DNA of 21,312 nucleotides from an uncultured archaeon (GTDB lineage: Archaea; Micrarchaeota; Micrarchaeia; Micrarchaeales; CABMGC01). A program made the translations under genes and the position numbers. This document shows, piece after piece, positions 9,566 to 17,332 of this stretch (the first letter of the stretch is position 1; every line of letters starts with the position of its first letter). The stretch lies in assembly GCA_963787445.1 (NCBI GenBank), contig CAWBCT010000018.1:1-21312 (forward strand), read 5' to 3'. Below the pieces are notes generated by a model, which saw nothing but the letters and a program-made list of their open reading frames with translations, had not been told where the DNA came from and made no database searches.

Positions 9566-9635
9566 CTATTAACACTTATTAATAATTATTAACACAGTAA
9601 GGTATAAATACCTTTCTATTAATAACCATTAATGA
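9566..9635. promoter_or_regulatory. Divergent promoter with five 10-bp-phased ATTAA boxes around a palindromic TATA element
   Basis: CTATTAACAC/TTATTAATAA/TTATTAACAC (9566-9595), then AAGGTAT-AA-ATACCTT (9599-9614), then CTATTAATAA/CCATTAATGA (9616-9635). Confidence 0.75.
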
Positions 9636-9650
9636 AATTTAAGGGATTAA

Positions 9651-9791
9651 ATGGCCAAGAAACTTATATTAGATGTCGACGAAGAAACCTGGAAGGAAGT
9701 GCTAAAGTACAAAATAGATCAAGGCCTTAAGAATAACAATGAAGCCGTAGTAAAGTTAGTAAAATCAGGTTTGAAGAATAAGAATAAGTAG
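9651..9791 (+). CDS. Small ribbon-helix-helix-like DNA-binding protein (46 aa)
   Basis: Not in the ORF track. MAKKLILDVDEETWKEVLKYKIDQGLKNNNEAVVKLVKSGLKNKNK shows an alternating beta-strand followed by two helices with a Gly turn. Divergent from the transposase. Confidence 0.75.
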   Translation: MAKKLILDVDEETWKEVLKYKIDQGLKNNNEAVVKLVKSGLKNKNK

Positions 9792-9811
9792 AGAAGTATT
9801 GAATAACTAAG

Positions 9812-11200
9812 ATGGGCGACATGGCAACAGATAACAGGATTTCACAAAAAATCGAGGATAATCCATTCCAAGTTAATGAGTTAAGTCAGCACAATACGAC
9901 GTTATCAAAGATACAGGATTTAAAACCGGATAAAAAGTGGTCTTTTAATAATATTGAGAGAAGCGACACTAGTTACTTAACTCATAGCTATCATAGATAT
10001 CCTGCAAAGTTTATCCCTCAAATTGTTCATAAATTAATAGATACTTACGCTCCGGATAAGAGTCAAATAATATGTGATCCATTTGGAGGCTGCGGCACAA
10101 CACTTGTAGAAGCTAAGGTATTGGGATACAAAAGCATAGGCTTCGATATTAATCCTATTGCAAAGCTTATTACACAAACAAAGACCACACCGATTAATCC
10201 TAAAACCCTTCAAAAACAGAGGACTAAATTCTTACAAGCGTATGAACTTGCTAGTCCTATATCCCATATTCATCACCAACGAATTGAATACTGGTTTGAT
10301 AGCGACATCGTAAAGGAACTCGATAAGATATATTTTGTAATTAGGAAAATCAAAAACCCGAACGTAAGACGTTTTTTCCTTTGCGCATTTTCCCATAATC
10401 TTAAAAACTGCTCCAGATGGTTAATGAAGAGCATAAAACCTACTATAGACAAAGACAAAGTATTTCCAGAACCAAAAGAGACCTTTTTACATCACCTTGA
10501 CTCCATGATTAAAAAGAACGAAAAGTTTTATGCAAAACTCAAAGAGTCTGATAATTTATATTTACCATCAAAGATGTATCGCAGAGATTCAACTAAAAAG
10601 CTTCCAGTTATACCCGACTCTATAGATTTAATTGTTACTTCACCGCCATATGTTACGTCTTATGAGTATGCTGATTTACACCAGCTTTCTCTTTTATGGT
10701 TTGGGGACGATCCTAAAAACTTTAAAAAATGGCACAAATTTAGTAATGATTTTCTAAATTTCCGTAAAAGTTTCATAGGTACAACCTCTAGAAAAGCAAA
10801 AGAAGGTAGTTATAATAGTCAAATCGCTGAGAAGATTATAGGGGATTTAATAAAAGTGGACAAACCAATCGCATCTGATGTGGCTAACTACTTTTTAGAC
10901 ATGAAAAAGGCATTTACCGAGATGTATCGAATACTAAAAGTTGGTGGAAAAGCATGTATAATTATAGGCAATACAGAGTTAAGAAATATTAAGATCCAAA
11001 ACGCACAAGTTGCCATAGAACAAATGCAGTTTATAGGATTCAAAAAGGTTGAATTTATTAAAAGGAAAATCTCTAATAAGGTGATAACCCCTTGGCGTGA
11101 CTCGAATACCGGCAAGTTTACCGGTAAAGGAAATCCTTCTAGAAAAAGAGTATATGCTTACGAATACATATTGATAATGGAAAAAATCCAAAATCAATAA
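9812..11200 (+). CDS. DNA amino-methyltransferase, probably N4-cytosine, alpha motif order
   Basis: HRYPAKFIPQ, motif I DPFGGCGTT, GFDINP, and a later motif IV TSPPY. Start may be 9812 or 9821. Confidence 0.92.
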   Translation: MGDMATDNRISQKIEDNPFQVNELSQHNTTLSKIQDLKPDKKWSFNNIERSDTSYLTHSYHRYPAKFIPQIVHKLIDTYAPDKSQIICDPFGGCGTTLVEAKVLGYKSIGFDINPIAKLITQTKTTPINPKTLQKQRTKFLQAYELASPISHIHHQRIEYWFDSDIVKELDKIYFVIRKIKNPNVRRFFLCAFSHNLKNCSRWLMKSIKPTIDKDKVFPEPKETFLHHLDSMIKKNEKFYAKLKESDNLYLPSKMYRRDSTKKLPVIPDSIDLIVTSPPYVTSYEYADLHQLSLLWFGDDPKNFKKWHKFSNDFLNFRKSFIGTTSRKAKEGSYNSQIAEKIIGDLIKVDKPIASDVANYFLDMKKAFTEMYRILKVGGKACIIIGNTELRNIKIQNAQVAIEQMQFIGFKKVEFIKRKISNKVITPWRDSNTGKFTGKGNPSRKRVYAYEYILIMEKIQNQ

Positions 11201-11207
11201 ACAACTA

Positions 11208-11269
11208 ATGTTATCTTTATGATATAAATATGCAAAGGAATAAATATCCTTATGTTATATATATGGTAT
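11208..11269 (+). promoter_or_regulatory. Promoter with an 11-bp-phased ATGnTAT repeat array
   Basis: ATGTTAT 11208, ATGATAT 11219, degenerate ATGCAAA 11230, ATGTTAT 11252, ATGGTAT 11263. The skipped position holds AAGGA-ATAAATA-TCCTT (11235-11251). Confidence 0.7.
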
Positions 11270-11279
11270 TAGTGAATGA

Positions 11280-11513
11280 ATGGTAAAAGTCAAAGTCGAA
11301 GAAGAAACAAGTGAAAACCGATTTAAACGTATCGCTACTTCCAGAACCGTAAGGATACTAAATGACGTAAGACTTCTTGGAAATTGTTCAAATAAAGGAA
11401 ATTATAGCTATACTAGGGAAGAAGTTGACAAAATATTCTCCACCATAGAGAAAGAAGTTAAACGGGTCAAAATGATGTTTGACGCTCCAAAGACTGAATT
11501 CTCGCTAAAATAA
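11280..11513 (+). CDS. Small conserved-looking helical protein (77 aa), putative regulator
   Basis: RFKRIATSRTVRILNDVRLLGNCSNKGNYSYTREEVDKIFSTIE resembles a small uncharacterised family I recall near restriction-modification genes (unverified). Basic N-terminal helix. Confidence 0.8.
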   Translation: MVKVKVEEETSENRFKRIATSRTVRILNDVRLLGNCSNKGNYSYTREEVDKIFSTIEKEVKRVKMMFDAPKTEFSLK

Positions 11514-11522
11514 TGTGATTTA

Positions 11523-12158
11523 ATAACTCATTACCAACTAACAAAAAGTGATAAGGTTTTAATTTCGCTTTACGAAGTTAGCAAAGCGAATAAACCAGGA
11601 AGAAAAATTAGTTTAGAAGACGTCGCGGTTCACGCCTGGAAAAAATATCCTACGGATTTCTGTATGAGGGGTTATCCTGAATACCCAAACATGAGAGACC
11701 TAGAGCGTATGTTATCAAAATTAAGGAGTGAAAATCAGATTAAAGGTAACGTCTATAATTATGTAGTCTTACCTGCAGGCTTGAAAAATTTAAATCAGTT
11801 GCTTACTGGTGTTACTCAAATTAGTAGTTCTGTAGAAAACTCCGTTGCGGTAAGGAGAGATATACAACATGAGATAAATAGAATACTCAACACAAAGGTC
11901 TTTGAATTTTACCAGAAGACCCAAAGCATTGAACCAGTAGAATCAGATTTCTTTGAATTCTTAGGCATAAGCCCAAGATTGCTTTCTCCTGGTGCTCAAA
12001 TCACGACACTTCCAAAATATAGTCTTTGGGTTGATGAAGTTTTACCGTTCTGTGAAACAAACTAAAAACGTGACCAAAATTTGGAAATAATTGTTAAATT
12101 ATGGAAGATTCTTTTAAACCAATTTAAACAGCTAATTCCTGGTGAGAAAAATGGCTAA
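11523..12158 (+). pseudogene. Winged-helix-like protein gene (~211 codons) with non-ATG start and premature TAA at 12063-12065
   Basis: The frame of ORF 11664-12065 is open from 11514 (THYQLTKSDKVLISLYEVS...EDVAVHAWKKYPTDFCMRGYPEYPN). ATA11523 follows GTGAT. After the internal TAA the frame continues KRDQNLEIIVKLWKILLNQFKQLIPGEKNG to a TAA overlapping the next gene's start. Confidence 0.7.
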
Positions 12159-14100
12159 GATTCCTATAGTTGAAAAATTAGCGATGCACGTGCATCGACA
12201 ATACATATTAAAAGAAGCAGAGCATTTTAGAGATCATAAGAAGGGAATACCCGAATGGATTAAAAATTCTGATGATTCGTACGTTAGACATGAGGACTCC
12301 GAGAAAGCAAACTATTCAGGACTCCCGATAATATTGAATTTCAGTAAAAATGAAGTATTATGCTTAGATTTCGGAGGATCAAATGGGGACGATGTTATAA
12401 CTCACGTTCCATACTATGGCAGTCCCGATGCAGCAAAACAAGGAAAAACATTAAAACGAGAAGTAAGCGGTGGACATGGTAATGGTGGAAAGTACTATGG
12501 ACTATCGCAATTTAACGAGTGTCAAGTAATTAACTACTTTGATGGAAAATTAACAATGCTTACACTTAAAAAGGACGGAGATGAAGTAAATTATAAAAAT
12601 TATTCAGTCGACCCTATGTGGCTAATACGATTTCTTTATTTGGATAATTGGCTTTATTTCGACCAACAAGAAAAGATTCTTGAAGCAATCAAGTCTGGAA
12701 AGTTAAACCTGTTTTGTTGGAGAGGCATTAATCCAAAAGAGAAAATAAATAATCCAAGAGATTTGAATAGGCTCCTGGAGGCTGTAACTAAAAATCCGCA
12801 AGCAAGATCAGCATTGAGTACTAGAATAATTGATGTTCTACTAAACGGTAGCCTTTACTACCACCAATTAACTCCAATAAAGATGAACCCTGATCCATCT
12901 AAAAGTCCACGAGAATTTATATTACCAAATCAGCTAGGAAAATTTGCTTTCAATAAAACCCAGACTTCTACACTTAAAGTCAGTTTTTCTATCGAACCTC
13001 TCACAGGAGAAAGTAGTTCACTAAATATTCTAGAAATATTTTCTAATGGTAAACCTATAGCATTCTATAATATTTCCTCAATTTTGTTCGATAAGGGAGT
13101 TTCTAGAATAATGTATGCCGAGATAGATTGCCCCGAACTTAAGGAATATAACTGTGTAAGCAATGACCGAGTGGAGCTGGTTAATAATCCCGTTAGCGAG
13201 TTGTTTCTAAATTGGTGTACAGGTAAGCTGCAAGAAGTACTAACTGAACAAACTGACAAAGAAATGAAACGTGAACAGGACGAAAACTTAGATAAAGTAT
13301 CAGAATTTATCGATCAAATTGTTAAAGACTTGCAAACTTTGCTAGAAGAAGAGGTTCTAACCCAAGTTTATAGTAAAAACAGCACCACTCATTCTGTTGT
13401 TCCTACTCCCACAGATGAACCTGGCGGATTTGGAACAAATCATAAAATACGAAAGAAGGGAGGTGGCAAAAGAACTGGGAAACTAGTAGAAAAGGATAGC
13501 CCGGCAATACAGAAACCGAATAAATCGCACATTCGAGTTTTTATATCAAATCGCGATCCTGATCCACTAAGCCCAACAGGTGCAAAATACGATATGATAG
13601 AGAGGCAACCCGTGCTTAACCAAAGGCAACAAGATGTCCCATATGGATATTGGTGGATAAATAGTCAAAAGGAATATCTCAAAAAAATGAAAATCGAACA
13701 ACCCGCGGCAAAGGCTGTTTATTGTTTCTTAATAAAAGAGGTGTTCCTTTCTAGTACATACAGGAAAAAGTACCAAGACGAACCTGTAGATCACGTTACT
13801 CCAGATGCACTAGACGATTTAGACTTTAATTTGATAGATCGAGTCTTTAATAAAGTTGTTAGCAGACTTAGCATCAATATAACAGAGGTAAATATATCTG
13901 AAAAATTACGCCAGGCGATTAGAAATAAAGATAGATTTACAGTACCTGAACTCTCAGACGAGTTAAATATCGATCAGACTACTATAAACAGTTTTATTGC
14001 ACAAAATCAAGATGACATATCTAAAATGTTCAAAATTGTAAAAGGTAAAAATCCATATACTAATATAGGTCCACAAATAAACATCTATACTAAAAAATAA
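12151..14100 (+). CDS. GHKL (MORC/MutL/Hsp90-like) ATPase with possible C-terminal HTH
   Basis: N-box PEWIKNSDDS, degenerate G1 LDFGGS, G2 SGGHGNGGK. SNDRVEL then a coiled coil and a Gly/Lys-rich linker, WWINSQ, and terminal FTVPELSDELNIDQTTINSFI. ATG12151 has a GGTGA RBS. Confidence 0.8.
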   Translation: MAKIPIVEKLAMHVHRQYILKEAEHFRDHKKGIPEWIKNSDDSYVRHEDSEKANYSGLPIILNFSKNEVLCLDFGGSNGDDVITHVPYYGSPDAAKQGKTLKREVSGGHGNGGKYYGLSQFNECQVINYFDGKLTMLTLKKDGDEVNYKNYSVDPMWLIRFLYLDNWLYFDQQEKILEAIKSGKLNLFCWRGINPKEKINNPRDLNRLLEAVTKNPQARSALSTRIIDVLLNGSLYYHQLTPIKMNPDPSKSPREFILPNQLGKFAFNKTQTSTLKVSFSIEPLTGESSSLNILEIFSNGKPIAFYNISSILFDKGVSRIMYAEIDCPELKEYNCVSNDRVELVNNPVSELFLNWCTGKLQEVLTEQTDKEMKREQDENLDKVSEFIDQIVKDLQTLLEEEVLTQVYSKNSTTHSVVPTPTDEPGGFGTNHKIRKKGGGKRTGKLVEKDSPAIQKPNKSHIRVFISNRDPDPLSPTGAKYDMIERQPVLNQRQQDVPYGYWWINSQKEYLKKMKIEQPAAKAVYCFLIKEVFLSSTYRKKYQDEPVDHVTPDALDDLDFNLIDRVFNKVVSRLSINITEVNISEKLRQAIRNKDRFTVPELSDELNIDQTTINSFIAQNQDDISKMFKIVKGKNPYTNIGPQINIYTKK

Positions 14101-14127
14101 TAGTATTTTACTCGGATAGCTGATCTT

Positions 14128-14907
14128 ATGGGAGAATTGGAAGATCTTAAAGAAAAAATCCTTAAAGGATACGAAGGCCAATTTGTCTTCTTTCAGATTG
14201 AAGGCCCTTTAGAAGACATTGGGCATAGTGTGGCTCCTTGGGCTGGGGAAGATTACAAGGAATTTCTTGTTATAGCTAAGAAATTAGGTGCTAAACAAAT
14301 CTATTACTCTGAAGCTTTTGAAGATGAAGGCGAACATGGTGAGGATATAGCGGAGCTAGATTTAGGATTTCTTTTTGATGATACCTTACATTTATTCCAT
14401 GCTTATGCAGATTGGTATGAACCAGATGAGGGTTTGGTTGAGAATCAAGAAAATTCCAAAGAAAGCCTTGAAAAACATATAGAAAATACGCCAGTAGAAG
14501 AATTAGCTAACGAGATTTTAGATTATGCTAAAAAAGAGAACATTTCTATAGAACATGTCAGTAATAATTTGTATAGAACGACGCATGCAACCCCTATAAT
14601 GGACGCTTTTTTGGCTGAAAAGAAGATAGATAGATTTAGATCGCTTCTCACAAGTAAAACAAGGGTTAAATTGGATAGGGTAACAGAATTTATAGAAAGT
14701 AGAGCATTACAGAAAATACACTCAGAAGAAAAAGAAACTATACCCCCATTAACTAAAGAGTGTGTTGAATGGGCAAAGCAAAATGGCTTCAATAAATTAA
14801 CACGAGCAAATCTTAACGCATTTTTGTCAGAGAAAGACCAGAAGATAAGCTCTCACAGTCAAGATATTTTATACACAAGAGTAAATTCTGAACTTAAGAA
14901 GAAATAG
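14128..14907 (+). CDS. Hypothetical protein (259 aa), acidic N-terminal half, helical C-terminal half
   Basis: Long ORF 27 nt after the GHKL gene, same strand, same AT-rich composition. Confidence 0.8.
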   Translation: MGELEDLKEKILKGYEGQFVFFQIEGPLEDIGHSVAPWAGEDYKEFLVIAKKLGAKQIYYSEAFEDEGEHGEDIAELDLGFLFDDTLHLFHAYADWYEPDEGLVENQENSKESLEKHIENTPVEELANEILDYAKKENISIEHVSNNLYRTTHATPIMDAFLAEKKIDRFRSLLTSKTRVKLDRVTEFIESRALQKIHSEEKETIPPLTKECVEWAKQNGFNKLTRANLNAFLSEKDQKISSHSQDILYTRVNSELKKK

Positions 14908-14958
14908 GATAAGGTATTTAGATAAGTTCGATTCTAAGAGATTCTGGGGAGAAAGACC

Positions 14959-15105
14959 GTGGGGGTTCTTGTCAATCTGGCCATATGTGGCTTCTACTTG
15001 CTAGTCTTTGGAGCGGCAGCCTCCGGTATATACGAGACTTACCACCAACGAGGCAATAAGAAGATTATTAAGGACTTAGGGAAAAACGAATGTACGGGAG
15101 AGTAA
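14959..15105 (+). CDS. Putative 48-aa single-TM microprotein
   Basis: Not in the ORF track. GTG start after GGGGAG. (M)GVLVNLAICGFYLLVFGAAASGIYETYHQRGNKKIIKDLGKNECTGE has a hydrophobic segment followed by a charged tail. Confidence 0.4.
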   Translation: MGVLVNLAICGFYLLVFGAAASGIYETYHQRGNKKIIKDLGKNECTGE

Positions 15106-15150
15106 AGGAGAGGAATAGATTCGTACCGTATTGGGCGACAACTAGAAAAT

Positions 15151-15579
15151 TTAAAGACCAGCGATAATTAGAACAATGACTATTGTAATTACTAATGAAA
15201 TTACGTATGCAAGACAGAATGTGAAGACGGTTATTTGTGATTTGAGTCTAAGAATCTTATCGGCAATTAGTCCAACAACAAGTCCTAGAAGACCTATTGC
15301 AAAGCCTCTAAACCTAGAACTTTTCTCATCTAAAGCGTAAGACAGGAGAAGTAAGCCAACAGCAATATATGAAAGGAGAAAAACAGCATATCCGATTAAG
15401 CTATTTGCTCCAGAATGAGTAAATATTACAGCTGCTACATAACCAATTATCAAACCAATAAAAAAGAATGGTATTGATATTCGTGTTGGATTATCTGCCT
15501 TTGTTGCATCTGCAACAACGGTTTTGGTAGTTATGTCTTTTTTTACTTTGTTTGCTTTTTTGGTGGTTCCCATCTGCAT
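15151..15579 (-). CDS. Hypothetical 4-TM membrane protein
   Basis: Lys-rich N-terminus followed by four hydrophobic segments. Starts 4 nt after the upstream gene's stop. Confidence 0.8.
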   Translation of the reverse strand: MQMGTTKKANKVKKDITTKTVVADATKADNPTRISIPFFFIGLIIGYVAAVIFTHSGANSLIGYAVFLLSYIAVGLLLLSYALDEKSSRFRGFAIGLLGLVVGLIADKILRLKSQITVFTFCLAYVISLVITIVIVLIIAGL

Positions 15580-15583
15580 CAGT

Positions 15584-16222
15584 TTATGAGTGATTTATTG
15601 TAAGCGGTGCCAGATTCGGATATTCATCTCCAACATAAGTTAATGAGAATGTTATAAAAATCGGATAATTATTGTTATTTTGGAACTTGAAAGTATTTAT
15701 TCCTCGCAGTACTGGAACGTAATGATAGAATGTCGAATTATAAGCAGGTGTATCGGCAAAACCGGATATGCCTCTTTCTACGTCGCCAGAAGTCAAATAG
15801 TGTGTGGGACAACCGCCATAACAATATACGGATTGTGAGGCATTAGAATTGGATTCAAATCCATAAGTAAATATGGGCGCTGTAGTTGATTGTATATATA
15901 ACACCAAATAGCCGTCATATGGCGCATTAAACGTTATGTTGTAATCTCCGCTTATAGTATAGTTATTGTAAGTATCATATGAATAGTTGTAGAATACAAG
16001 ATTGCTCTGATAACCGGGAACAGTTATTGTATAATTTTGGTATAGATTATCAATGTAAGGGGTTGCTATGGTCGTTGTGCTAAGTATAGTCGTACTTGGA
16101 TTGAGGTTGGCGCCATTGGAAGAACCAATTTGTGTGGATTTTGTTATGTATAAGTACCCCAATATCAATGCCAATGCTACATAAGAAATGATATTTGATT
16201 TGCCGTTTGGTTTTTTCGCCAT
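15584..16222 (-). CDS. Hypothetical membrane-anchored or secreted Tyr/Asn/Thr-rich protein
   Basis: MAKKPNGKSN-IISYVALALILGYLYI signal/anchor, Thr-rich linker, several N-x-S/T sequons (NYT, NYS, NIT, NAS, NST). TTTAAATA box about 25 nt upstream of ATG16222. Confidence 0.8.
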   Translation of the reverse strand: MAKKPNGKSNIISYVALALILGYLYITKSTQIGSSNGANLNPSTTILSTTTIATPYIDNLYQNYTITVPGYQSNLVFYNYSYDTYNNYTISGDYNITFNAPYDGYLVLYIQSTTAPIFTYGFESNSNASQSVYCYGGCPTHYLTSGDVERGISGFADTPAYNSTFYHYVPVLRGINTFKFQNNNNYPIFITFSLTYVGDEYPNLAPLTINHS

Positions 16223-16292
16223 TTGAGTTACCCTTTTCATAGCGTATTTAAATTTCCCATTACCTACTTAATTTCTTATGATTCTTATATGT

Positions 16293-16342
16293 TCGCTTTG
16301 TCTAGAAATAGAAATTTGTAGAATACGAGATTTGAACAAGCC
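16293..16342. repeat. Candidate right end of the element (imperfect hairpin GCTTTGT...ACAAGC)
   Basis: TCGCTTTG at 16293-16300 is the reverse complement of CAAAGCGA (8331-8338). CAAGCC at 16337-16342 mirrors the left-end GGCTTTG. Span is 47 nt versus 46 nt on the left. Confidence 0.5.
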
Positions 16343-16375
16343 TTAACCCGTCTGGCTTACGCTCTTCACGCTATC

Positions 16376-16705
16376 TTACCTCCTTCTAAGACTCATAAAC
16401 GATCTTCGTCTGCTTTCAACAGCCTTACCTTTAACACCACCCTCTTCGTCTTCCTCTTCTTCCCCTTGCGTAGTAGCACTTCCTTGATTTGAGAACCCCT
16501 TCTGCAGGTCGTTCCTGTTCAGTACCAGCCCATCCCAGATGGCTAAGGCTCCAGGATCCCTCCTTAGGGCTGACTCGGCGAAGACTCTAAGTAGGTCTAA
16601 TTTTTCTATCGGGGCACTTTCCGGAGTGACGAGAGGAGTCCTAGTCGCTGGCGCTCTCGTTTTGGTTCTGACTTCAGCTACCATTTCCTCGATTAAATAA
16701 CTCAT
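16376..16705 (-). CDS. Hypothetical protein (109 aa) with acidic tract and basic tail
   Basis: ATG-initiated ORF filling the gap, with more host-like GC. No recognised motif. Confidence 0.55.
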   Translation of the reverse strand: MSYLIEEMVAEVRTKTRAPATRTPLVTPESAPIEKLDLLRVFAESALRRDPGALAIWDGLVLNRNDLQKGFSNQGSATTQGEEEEDEEGGVKGKAVESRRRSFMSLRRR

Positions 16706-16829
16706 TCCAAATATTTATACATTCTGTACAGTTGGATCTTTATCAAAGGAAAAGGTGTGATACACACAATATCAATATTGGTCGCAACTGATTAATAACC
16801 TTTTTGTTTAGGTATTCGCATCGGGTGTT

Positions 16830-17294
16830 TTGGTGAAGAAGTGTCTGGTTTCTACGACTATTGTGTTTGACAAGGATCATAAGAATGTAATATTGCTCAA
16901 TCATAAGAAACTTGAGGTATGGATGCCACCTGGAGGCCATATTGAACTAGGAGAACTGCCATCTGAAGCGGCGTTGAGGGAGGCAATGGAAGAGACCGGT
17001 CTAAAAGTGAAGCTACTATACACAAAGAAACAGGTCGTAAAGGGAGACGGGAACGCTATAGAGGTCCAGAGTCCATTCGTAGTACTTAACGAGAACGTAG
17101 AGTACAAGGACGAGCCCCATCTGCATTTCGATATGGTCTACATAGCTGAAGCAGAGAGCAAGAACGCTGCTATGAGCCATGAATCTACAGACATGGGATG
17201 GTTTGACAGGAAATCAATACAACAGTTGAAGATGTTCCCTAATGTCCGTTCAGTGCTAGAGGCTGCCTTCAAGGAGTTCGGCAGCAAAGAATAA
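16830..17294 (+). CDS. NUDIX hydrolase
   Basis: Nudix box GGHIELGELPSEAALREAMEETG, with LLNHKKLEVWMPPGG and HLHFDMVY. TTG or GTG start after GGGTGT. Confidence 0.93.
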   Translation: MVKKCLVSTTIVFDKDHKNVILLNHKKLEVWMPPGGHIELGELPSEAALREAMEETGLKVKLLYTKKQVVKGDGNAIEVQSPFVVLNENVEYKDEPHLHFDMVYIAEAESKNAAMSHESTDMGWFDRKSIQQLKMFPNVRSVLEAAFKEFGSKE

Positions 17295-17332
17295 AGTATA
17301 TGGTTTTATTGCTATAGTTTCTATCTGGTATT

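Larger units (their letters stand above)
8290..16342. mobile_element. Putative cargo-carrying IS5/IS903-like transposon (single transposase, ~8 kb, AT-rich)
   Basis: Transposase at the left end. Visible drop in GC across the interval. Left end GGCTTTGC (8290) and right end reverse-complement GGCTTGTT (16342), each followed by CTATT-N6/7-CAAAGCGA about 40 nt inside. No target-site duplication found. Confidence 0.55.

Noticed and set aside
9566-11269. CRISPR or mini-CRISPR interpretation of the short repeat arrays
   Set aside because: Units are only 7-10 bp with no spacer-length unique sequences, and no cas genes are present. They fit protein-binding sites better.
11280-12158. One frame open across two TAA codons, suggesting readthrough or a recoded stop
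   Set aside because: TAA is the normal stop for many genes here. The 77-aa protein looks complete, and the next segment has its own RBS-like GTGAT.
8291-16341. Integron-like attC cassette array
   Set aside because: No tyrosine integrase is present, and the hairpin motif does not recur between cargo genes.
8281-16351. Target-site duplication around the proposed element
   Set aside because: The flanks TTACTGTGG and TTAACCCGT share only TTA. No convincing duplication, so the boundaries stay provisional.
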